From positions 36,427 through 100,426 of the forward strand of contig CAYGKV010000002.1 in assembly GCA_964350885.1 (NCBI GenBank): DNA of 64,000 nt, read 5' to 3'. Below the pieces are notes generated by a model. The model made no database searches, was not told the origin of the DNA, and was given only the letters and a program-made list of their open reading frames with translations. The position numbers were made by a program, and so were the translations under genes. Position 1 is the stretch's first letter. Each line of letters opens with the position of its first letter. The DNA comes from an uncultured Candidatus Saccharibacteria bacterium (GTDB taxonomy: Bacteria > Patescibacteriota > Minisyncoccia > Phycocordibacterales > UBA2100). Below, one piece after another: positions 57,039-64,000 of the stretch.

Positions 57039-57554
57039 TTAAAGCTCTTGTGCTCGGCCCGTGGCTTCGCGGGCGGTGCGTACCGGGGCTGCGATATTCT
57101 CATGGCGTCGCAAAGTATCTAGCTCTCCCTCGCTCACCCCCTGTGCAACACGATCCTTGATGTCCAAGCTCCATGAAAGCTCATGAAGTTTGCTGTCGGA
57201 GAGTTTCGGGGTGTACAGCCGCTCTCCTTCTCTCGGAGCAAGCTTCCCGATGATTGGCGGAATCACATTCTTCTTGTGGACGTTGTTCCAGAGGTACAAT
57301 TTACTGCGTAAAAAAAAGAAGAATGCATTTTCGAGTCCGATAATGAATGGTCGACCGTTGAATTGGAAAAATGCGAGACTCGCGACAAGTCCGCCGGTAA
57401 TGGCAATCAGGGGTCCGGCTACATAGATCGGTAGTATGCGCCACATAATATAGGAGGCACCGGCGCCACCGCCAATGTAGATGAATTGTTTGAAGGTCAA
57501 AGGACCGAAAATCTTGTCTTCAACCTCAATAAATTGCGGCACTTGAAACTGCAT
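57039..57554 (-). CDS. PrgI/VirB3-like small 2-TM protein
   Basis: MQFQVPQFIEVEDKIFGPLTFKQFIYIGGGAGASYIMWRILPIYVAGPLIAITGGLVASLAFF matches the PrgI-family pattern. It sits immediately upstream of VirB4, as in Gram-positive-type T4SS. Confidence 0.5.
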   Translation of the reverse strand: MQFQVPQFIEVEDKIFGPLTFKQFIYIGGGAGASYIMWRILPIYVAGPLIAITGGLVASLAFFQFNGRPFIIGLENAFFFFLRSKLYLWNNVHKKNVIPPIIGKLAPREGERLYTPKLSDSKLHELSWSLDIKDRVAQGVSEGELDTLRRHENIAAPVRTAREATGRAQEL

Positions 57555-57596
57555 GGTTCCATTATATCAGTGCGCTGAGCGGTACTTTGGCGTTGT

Positions 57597-58169
57597 TCAC
57601 GCTGGCGGCTCTCGATACGGATCGTCTTCGACGGATGGTCGAACTGACGAAGGCTCTCCCGCTTTGTACGCGGCAGAAATCGGGGCGCGCTCTACGCGTT
57701 GGGTTGGTGGCGCGGAGGGCGGGGTCGCGGGGAGAGTGGGGGCGCTTGGTGTGTTGGAAGGAATCGCTGCCTCCGAAAGAATCTGCGCCCGCGCCGCCTC
57801 TACTCCGCTCACTTCCGCCGCTTTTGCATCGGGATGTTCGAGTAGCCGCTCTAGTTCTCCCCTGATCGGCTCGAATACAATCTTTGAGATGTCTGCGGCC
57901 AACGAGGCCGACATCTCAGGAGAAATATCGAGATCGGCTCGCAAATTTTCTGCGAGCTTGTCGGTTTCTTGGAAGCCCAGCAGCGTAAGCAAAACTTCAT
58001 TTTCAAGTAATTGCCATTGATCCACATGCAGTTTATTTGTACTTGCCAGTTCACGCATCTGTTTTTCGACATCGGCGGACGTGATTGCATCTTGCACAAC
58101 TTTCGGCAGCTCTTTAAAGCGCGCGCGGATTTTTTCGTCAAGATCATTTTGCGAATTTTTTGTTTCCAT
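57597..58169 (-). CDS. Hypothetical acidic cytoplasmic protein with a Pro/Ala-rich tail
   Basis: ORF within the cluster. No TM and no family assigned. Confidence 0.45.
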   Translation of the reverse strand: METKNSQNDLDEKIRARFKELPKVVQDAITSADVEKQMRELASTNKLHVDQWQLLENEVLLTLLGFQETDKLAENLRADLDISPEMSASLAADISKIVFEPIRGELERLLEHPDAKAAEVSGVEAARAQILSEAAIPSNTPSAPTLPATPPSAPPTQRVERAPISAAYKAGEPSSVRPSVEDDPYREPPA

Positions 58170-58172
58170 AAT

Positions 58173-60542
58173 TTAGTGTGTATCTGGAGCTGCTGCCGGG
58201 GCGGCAGAGGAAGCTGTCTCTTTTTGCATCTCTTCGAATACTTTGCGGAGTTTCGCGGTGCTCACCTTCCCCTTATATTTTTCTGCCGTCTCGGCAGCGA
58301 CTGCAGCATTAGCTCCCGTGAACTTCCCCACCAATCGAGTAAGCACGTCTCCCTGTCTTTCCCCGATCTTCCCAGCGATATCTTCTGCACTCTGAGCGAG
58401 AGAAAGCGTAGCTTCCGTTTGAGCCTCTTTTATCGCGTTCGCGGTTTCTTTGTCGTGGTCCTCGAGTCCCTTCAGGGCTTCTACGACCGGCTTCTCAATG
58501 ACATTGATGCGGCCTTGTATTCTCTCCACGATATCCTTCGCATTATTAATGCGGTTCTTTTCCACGGCCATCTCAGCTGCGTGTTGTGCTTGTGTAATTG
58601 TTCCGGCGTTGAGTTGTTGGTCGAGCGCAACCTTGTTGCGTGAGGATGTATCCTCCGCAGTTCGCAAGTCCTGCTGCGCGGCAGTCATTTTTCGTGGGAG
58701 TTCTTCCAACTCTTTTGTTTGATTGGCAATTGCCTCGGCAGAATTCTTCGTTGCCTCAAGCTGCTCTCGTTGCGCCCTTCGAGCCTCCCGGGTCGTCTCT
58801 TCTGCAACTTTGCGTGCGCCCTCGTTGTCTTTCTCCGACGGGGCGATTTTTGCAGCGGATTTTTCGGCAGCCTCGGCTCGCGCCTTGATGGTTCCCGCAA
58901 AGCTCTTCGTGTCTTTCGATGAGGCGCCCGCAGCAAAGCCCTTAATTCCCACAGCGCCCAATGCAGCCTTCGCTCCCGCAGTATCCATGAGGTTGAATTT
59001 CTTATCAGCCAATGAACCTAGGCGCCCGGCAGTTGCTAGCTTGCTTGCAGCAAGTTTCTTCTGTAGGGCAGCCTCTGCCCACGCCTGGCTCGCAATGCCG
59101 AAGTTCCCCGCTCGCTCGTGTCTTCGAGCCGCTATCTCTGCCGTCGCCGCCGCATCACGCGCCACGCCGGCCTCTTTCCCGTACCTTTTACCGGCAAAAT
59201 ATGCTGGTGCGCCAATACCCAGGCGCCCCAGCGCCCCTGCAAGGCGCGATCCGAGTGTGAGAGGGAGCACCGCTGCCATAGCCGCCATGCTAAATCCAGA
59301 AATCTTACTTGCGAAAGTGCTTGAAAGTTTGAATGCTATGAACAGCATGCCGAGTATAAGGATGAAATTAAAGAGCGCGGCGATGTTGGCTCCGGGTTCT
59401 GTGCTCGTCATGAGCGCGCCCAATGTTCCACATTTTGCAACCTCCCCGGCTCCATTACAGATCGCCGAGCTGAGTGCTTGCGATATATTCAATGTCACCC
59501 ACAGTAGCAACATCAGCACCGGAGCAAGCGCGGCGCTACCAATGAGTGACTTCCACCACGCATCCCACCCATAGCTACTCCCCGACCATTTGGGGACGAG
59601 GTAGCTCGCGAATGCGATTGACGCGGTAATCATGAGAAAAATGAGAATCAAAGCACGTGAGACCAAAAGAAACGTGCCATAAAAGAATATAATCGCAGTT
59701 GCAATAAGGAATACAAATGAGATAAGGCCATAAATAAGACCGACCGACGCATCGTCATTGTTTTCTTGGATTTCACGGAGCGTATAGTACGAGTCGTAGA
59801 TGCCGGTTACTCCGAGGAATTGCATGAAGCTCCCTGCGATACCGTTCTTTTCTTTTTGTGTCACTTGGATATCTGCGCTGTTTGAAATGTCGCCCCCACC
59901 AATCTCAAGTGCCCCCCCCTCATCCGTACTTTGTAGTGCTGCCACGTAGAATTGGTTTGCCGTAAAATTTGATGCGTCCACAATCATTTTGGTAAAAAGG
60001 AGGCTGAAGTTGATGAGAACCGCGATAATAAGCACGTTGGCGATCAGTTTCTTCTGCCCGTATTCTTTGAGCCCGATAATGATAGAAAGTGCGATGAAGG
60101 TGAATATGCCAATGATCAAGATGTTGGCGATATCGCGGAATGCCGTCCACGCGATGTTCACGCCCCCCTCGACGTGCTTGAAAATGCCTGCTTGGAAATT
60201 GACCGTTGTAGCTTTGAGCGCGAATTCAAATAAAAGACCGGCCCAGGTGAGTAGCAGTATTCCGAAGTACATGAAAAGCGATCCAATTCCTGCGAAGATT
60301 CCTCGCATTAGACACGTGAAGGGGTTGAGCAAATTTTCCAAGTCACCTGCGCATTCGACGGGCCCACCAGCTTCACGTATAGAACCAACAACCTGTCCGG
60401 CACCATCAATACAGTTAAGGCTTCTATCTTCTACCTCAGAGCCCGGGGGACACTCGGCGGCCTCGGCTTGTCGCGGAAGTACGAATACTCCCGATGTCAC
60501 TAGAAGTATTGACAGGCAAAAAAAAGTGGCCGTTTTTCTCAT
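58173..60542 (-). CDS. VirB6/TrbL-like polytopic membrane protein with a about 300-aa Ala/Lys/Glu coiled-coil C-terminal tail (start at MRKTATFF)
   Basis: Signal peptide, then a Cys-containing periplasmic loop, then at least 8 TM helices, then the coiled-coil tail (AAATAEIAARRHERAG...KLAASKLATAG...ARAEAAEKSAAK...). Confidence 0.55.
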   Translation of the reverse strand: MRKTATFFCLSILLVTSGVFVLPRQAEAAECPPGSEVEDRSLNCIDGAGQVVGSIREAGGPVECAGDLENLLNPFTCLMRGIFAGIGSLFMYFGILLLTWAGLLFEFALKATTVNFQAGIFKHVEGGVNIAWTAFRDIANILIIGIFTFIALSIIIGLKEYGQKKLIANVLIIAVLINFSLLFTKMIVDASNFTANQFYVAALQSTDEGGALEIGGGDISNSADIQVTQKEKNGIAGSFMQFLGVTGIYDSYYTLREIQENNDDASVGLIYGLISFVFLIATAIIFFYGTFLLVSRALILIFLMITASIAFASYLVPKWSGSSYGWDAWWKSLIGSAALAPVLMLLLWVTLNISQALSSAICNGAGEVAKCGTLGALMTSTEPGANIAALFNFILILGMLFIAFKLSSTFASKISGFSMAAMAAVLPLTLGSRLAGALGRLGIGAPAYFAGKRYGKEAGVARDAAATAEIAARRHERAGNFGIASQAWAEAALQKKLAASKLATAGRLGSLADKKFNLMDTAGAKAALGAVGIKGFAAGASSKDTKSFAGTIKARAEAAEKSAAKIAPSEKDNEGARKVAEETTREARRAQREQLEATKNSAEAIANQTKELEELPRKMTAAQQDLRTAEDTSSRNKVALDQQLNAGTITQAQHAAEMAVEKNRINNAKDIVERIQGRINVIEKPVVEALKGLEDHDKETANAIKEAQTEATLSLAQSAEDIAGKIGERQGDVLTRLVGKFTGANAAVAAETAEKYKGKVSTAKLRKVFEEMQKETASSAAPAAAPDTH

Positions 60543-60544
60543 AT

Positions 60545-62206
60545 TTATCTTCTCCACGTGTCTCGCCACGCTTGGATTACTGCAGGATTGTTGACGTTGC
60601 ACCAGCCGATTGCGGGGCTAGGATCATCTGCCCAAGACTTCACCGTGTCGGTAACGAGTGTGTTCATCGCGGCTTGGACGCTGTTGAGTTGTCGCACGAT
60701 GCCATTGGGGCCGTCGATGTCTGTCTGCGTATGGATCTGGCGTTGCGCTACGAGCGCGTCGAGTGCCAAGAGGGCGTTGTGCTGCGCATCAGGAGAAGAG
60801 GTGTTGGAGACGCCGCGGATGAGAGTGTCGATCCGTGCGAGTGCCGCCTGAGAAGTCACGGTGTTGGTAGCAGCGATTGCTACAAGTGGAGAAATTTGTG
60901 TCGTTATGACCGATTGTGCGTACCCGGCGGTTGAGGTCGCTACTCTGTACGTGACGGTCTGAGGGTTTAGTGGGTCGCCTTCCTTGCCAGTGCACTCGTT
61001 GAGCGCATTGGGCGCGCTCACGCTGCAGACTCTCGAGATGATGAGATCCCAACATTGGTTTTCGGCACCTCTTAGCTGAGCGCCTGCTTGCGTGAGTGCG
61101 GCAACGATCGCGTTTGCGGTCTGGAGGTATGCGACTTCTACTTGCCGCGCCGTCGCGAGGACCTGAAGCGCTAAGTTGGTCGCCGCGTTGCGGAGCCCTT
61201 GTGCAGAGCCCGACACAACCCGATCAATGTATGAGGGCTGGCCGCCCGTGCTTTTTGAGATCCCCGCGAGACCACCGGGGCCTCCGATAATTTGTGTCTC
61301 GAGCCCAGCGAAGAGGGCGCCGATCATCTGACCAATGTCGTTTGCTTGTTCAAGCTGGCGGACGGAGCTGTCGAGGATGTTTTGGAAGGATTCTTGCACG
61401 GTCACTGAAGGTGTGAGGACTCTCCGTGCGAGAGGGTCTGAAGCGTTGTCAGTAAGTGCGTAGTAGCCTCGCCCCCAATTCCATTCGTCGCGTTGAGCGG
61501 CCATAGCAGCTCCTGCTCGAGCGTCCCGCATTTCAATAGCACGCATCTTCGCCCAGAAAGGATTGCATGCCGGATTTGTTCCTGCATAGAAGGCTTCCCA
61601 GTTGAAGTTTTCTGTGGGATTCTTCTGGTAAATAGAGATGTCCCCTTGGAATGGGCAGGTGAGCGCTGATGTGGGATCTCGAGTTTCAGTCTGATAACTC
61701 ACTCCCACGGCACGTATCACGTCACTCTTGAATGCGGGATTAAGAGCTTGTAATTCTGGACCTCGCAAGAATGTTGCTACGGTAGGGTCGCTCACGTACG
61801 TGAGCATCTCCTGGGTCTGGTTTTCTACGAATTGTTTGTTTCCCCCGCGACCCGTCTGAATAGCGGTATCGGCTTTTCTCGTGATCGCGGCCAAGGCCGC
61901 TTCGCGCTGGCGGACGACGATGTTGCGCAGCACGCATTCTTTGTAGACGAGAACGCCAGTATTCAATTCGACCGCATAATCCGCGACAGGCACGTATGGT
62001 CCTCCTATGGCAACTGTCGACCCGACACTTGCGCCACCGGTTCTGTTGCAGTCGAAAATACCCTGCACGTTGAAGCCCGGGGTCGTGCTCGCCAACGTGT
62101 TGGCCAGATCAGCCGGTGTGGGGGACGTAGTTTGGGCGTATGCAGCTATCGGTAGCATCCATAGGAATACGAATACGAGAGTCGTTATGTGGTTTCGTAT
62201 ACTCAT
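60545..62206 (-). CDS. Secreted hypothetical protein (553 aa)
   Basis: Signal peptide ...PIAAYAQT. Ala/Thr/Gln-rich. No family assigned (a VirB5- or VirB8-like role is possible but unsupported). Confidence 0.5.
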   Translation of the reverse strand: MSIRNHITTLVFVFLWMLPIAAYAQTTSPTPADLANTLASTTPGFNVQGIFDCNRTGGASVGSTVAIGGPYVPVADYAVELNTGVLVYKECVLRNIVVRQREAALAAITRKADTAIQTGRGGNKQFVENQTQEMLTYVSDPTVATFLRGPELQALNPAFKSDVIRAVGVSYQTETRDPTSALTCPFQGDISIYQKNPTENFNWEAFYAGTNPACNPFWAKMRAIEMRDARAGAAMAAQRDEWNWGRGYYALTDNASDPLARRVLTPSVTVQESFQNILDSSVRQLEQANDIGQMIGALFAGLETQIIGGPGGLAGISKSTGGQPSYIDRVVSGSAQGLRNAATNLALQVLATARQVEVAYLQTANAIVAALTQAGAQLRGAENQCWDLIISRVCSVSAPNALNECTGKEGDPLNPQTVTYRVATSTAGYAQSVITTQISPLVAIAATNTVTSQAALARIDTLIRGVSNTSSPDAQHNALLALDALVAQRQIHTQTDIDGPNGIVRQLNSVQAAMNTLVTDTVKSWADDPSPAIGWCNVNNPAVIQAWRDTWRR

Positions 62207-62973
62207 GAATTTTTCTGTTTGTAGTAGCTCGCAAACGCCTTGAACGAGGAGTACATCTCGGCCTCGGCTTCGTTGTAGGTGCGCAAAAGGGCGACCGATG
62301 CGTACGGATCGGCGGCGTTTAGAGCGAGCGCATCGAGCGTGGAAGCAAATTTTTCCATTGCGTTTAGGATCGCCACATGTCGAGTTACCGCGTCTGCGGG
62401 AGTTACGACCTGTGCCGTTGCCTTTGCGGCATCGCGGTAGTACTGGGCGACCTCCTTGAGACGCTTCAAATATTTTGTGTCCTGTGTAGCAATGTAGTAG
62501 GCAAAGATCTCGAATTCAGGTTGTGTGTTGACCCGCATCGGCGCGAGCGATGCGCGGAGATCGTCGCTGTATTTTTGTTGGCGCGCTACCGACGTATCGG
62601 AATCGGTCTTTATATCCGACGAAGTGTAGGAGTGGTATGGAACCGCTGGACTCAGAGCTTCCGCCATAATGGTGGCCACGCCGGCCCCCACATCCTCGGT
62701 ATACATGCCCTGTTCTTGAAGCGCTGAGTATCTCGACACGACCTCTTCAAAGATCGCGGATCCAAGCGTGGATTCTTCCGGTGGCGCTATCTCAATCGGC
62801 GCAGGGTTCGTGCCTCTTTCAGGGCTGCTCGCAATGTATGAAGTCATGATGTTTTTTTGTTGCACCATTTCCTTTATTTGCCAGCCGGACGCTGCGAGGA
62901 GTACAAAAATAGAGAGCGCGGCAGTTATCCCAATATTCGAAAAACCGCTAACGTACGAGCGTTTGTTTTCCAC
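62203..62973 (-). CDS. Membrane-anchored hypothetical protein
   Basis: N-terminal TM ITAALSIFVLLAASGW. A C-terminal Ala-rich helical domain has loose similarity to the 63170 gene product. Confidence 0.5.
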   Translation of the reverse strand: MENKRSYVSGFSNIGITAALSIFVLLAASGWQIKEMVQQKNIMTSYIASSPERGTNPAPIEIAPPEESTLGSAIFEEVVSRYSALQEQGMYTEDVGAGVATIMAEALSPAVPYHSYTSSDIKTDSDTSVARQQKYSDDLRASLAPMRVNTQPEFEIFAYYIATQDTKYLKRLKEVAQYYRDAAKATAQVVTPADAVTRHVAILNAMEKFASTLDALALNAADPYASVALLRTYNEAEAEMYSSFKAFASYYKQKNS

Positions 62974-63169
62974 ATGGATTAGTATAGCGCACGGGAACCA
63001 AGTGGTAGGTTCTACGAACCAGGTTTTAGGGGAAATCCTCGCAGAAATTTACGAGCCAAGTCTCAGGCGGTCTTGCTTAGAGATCGCCCACAAATAACAT
63101 GAGCGTCATTTGTGGGCGACCACGTAGTGCCGCACCCGTATTCTGTAGACTTTATTTATCGATGAGGCC

Positions 63170-63955
63170 TTAGAGCGCTCCTTGTGTAAACGTAAAGACG
63201 CTCCCCGCGTCATTCGGGTCAAACACAATCCCGTAGGCACTCAAGATGGTTGCAAGAGAGACGTAATTTTTCACAAGGGTGTCCGCAGAGGCGTTGTATG
63301 CCTCGATGGCGCTCAGAAATTCCGTATCATTCGTCGCCTCGGGCACGAGAGCGAGCTTTTTTCCGGTCTCAATGTAGTTTTTTGCGAGTGTTGTGTGAGC
63401 GGCAGCGACTCCACCGGGGACATCCGTGATGTTGTTTACGAGATTATTTCCCACGTCCTCCAGAGAACGAGCGAGGTAGCGGACGGCCGCCGCCTTGGCC
63501 GGGTCTCCCCTATCCTCGGCTTGATCCTTGAGGATTACCGCCGCAGTCGGATTTTGCTGCTCGAAAGATTGGATGTACGAACCAGCGTAGTTTCCATAAT
63601 CGTACACCGCTTGCTGAGTCGCTGACAGCGTTTTCTTAGGCGCGGTAGTGCTAATGAGGTTTGTTGGGATAAGTGAGTAGGTATCTTCTACTATAGCGCC
63701 GGTTGGGGGGTTCTGGGGAGGCTGTGTACTTTGGGTCAACGTCGAGATAAATTCATTGAGATCAAATGAGTCTATCGCTCCGGGGCTCGGCTGGAGAACG
63801 GCGGGAGGAATGTAGGTGTATGGGGCGTTATCTTGCACGCGCCCTATGTGCCGCTTCGGTGTCCCTGTGTTTTGAGTCGGGGTATGTGAAGTGGGATCCA
63901 AGACGCCCAAGTTGTTCCCGCCCCATGTGGTTGCTGTGTTAGAAACGGGCGCCAT
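63170..63955 (-). CDS. Hypothetical protein, first gene of the cluster visible in the window (start ATG at 63953-63955, or the GTG at 63970 used by the track)
   Basis: ORF only. Its C-terminal region (LSAIEAYNASADTLVKNYVSLATIL) resembles a similar region in the 62203 product. Confidence 0.4.
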   Translation of the reverse strand: MAPVSNTATTWGGNNLGVLDPTSHTPTQNTGTPKRHIGRVQDNAPYTYIPPAVLQPSPGAIDSFDLNEFISTLTQSTQPPQNPPTGAIVEDTYSLIPTNLISTTAPKKTLSATQQAVYDYGNYAGSYIQSFEQQNPTAAVILKDQAEDRGDPAKAAAVRYLARSLEDVGNNLVNNITDVPGGVAAAHTTLAKNYIETGKKLALVPEATNDTEFLSAIEAYNASADTLVKNYVSLATILSAYGIVFDPNDAGSVFTFTQGAL

Positions 63956-64000
63956 TGATTTTTTCTGCACGACCCATGCACCAGCGAGTATTGTGAGTGC

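Noticed and set aside
58723-59574. 283-aa plus-strand ORF (and 58011-58643)
   Set aside because: Antisense within the VirB6-like gene. Ala/Ser-rich low complexity that mirrors the coiled-coil codons on the other strand.
1-64000. CRISPR arrays, rRNA genes, transposases and integrases
   Set aside because: No short direct-repeat/spacer periodicity, no rRNA-like conserved stretches and no DDE/tyrosine recombinase motifs were seen in any frame. I report their absence rather than inventing them.

Overview
The window reads as a gene-dense, moderately GC-rich bacterial chromosome segment. Its overall character is that of a small-genome CPR/Patescibacteria-like organism, which is an inference from the points that follow. 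Short ORFs overlap by 1-4 nt, and most of the 7 tRNAs lack an encoded CCA. HNH endonucleases are abundant and no biosynthetic operons are present. The window spans the replication-origin neighbourhood. On the minus strand dnaA and dnaN flank a G+T-only intergenic tract carrying DnaA-box-like sites, a period-3 TAY/TAR repeat and an AT-rich block, which I read as a putative oriC. rpmH-rnpA-yidC-jag runs divergently from dnaA.

Immediately beyond jag, and running to the window end, lies an 11-gene tightly packed minus-strand cluster. It contains a VirB4-family ATPase whose N-terminal domain sits in a separate ORF 6 nt upstream, a PrgI/VirB3-like 2-TM protein, an 809-aa VirB6/TrbL-like polytopic protein with a long coiled-coil tail, and a VirB2/TrbC-like two-helix pilin with a Cys-rich C-terminal extension. 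Six further secreted or membrane-anchored proteins have no recognisable family. This type-IV-secretion-like apparatus is the most interesting system in the window.

Other content, first half:
- A secE-nusG-rplK operon, plus rplS and rpsT.
- Seven tRNAs: His, Leu, Val, Arg-TCT, Ser, Arg-GCG and Lys. Three are each directly preceded by a Zn-ribbon HNH endonuclease gene whose stop lies within 10 nt of, or overlaps, the tRNA 5' end.
- Type IV pilus genes pilM/N/O, with pilB and a receiver protein lying elsewhere.
- A riboflavin-to-FAD salvage module made of a standalone riboflavin kinase, an EamA transporter and an archaeal RibL-type FMN adenylyltransferase.

Other content, second half:
- ruvA, ruvB and ruvC (dispersed), polA, holA-like, yqgF, tsaE, murE, PBP1A and gdhA.
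- Two PAS histidine kinases, one carrying 3x22-aa tandem repeats, a free PAS paralog and three response regulators.
- A RelE/DinJ-like toxin-antitoxin pair, a Fic protein, and several large secreted proteins (a collagen/Gly-rich 602 aa protein, Fn3-repeat proteins, and Cys-rich proteins).

No rRNA, CRISPR array, transposase or integrase was seen. All calls come from reading the supplied translations and nucleotide sequence by eye, with no searches run.
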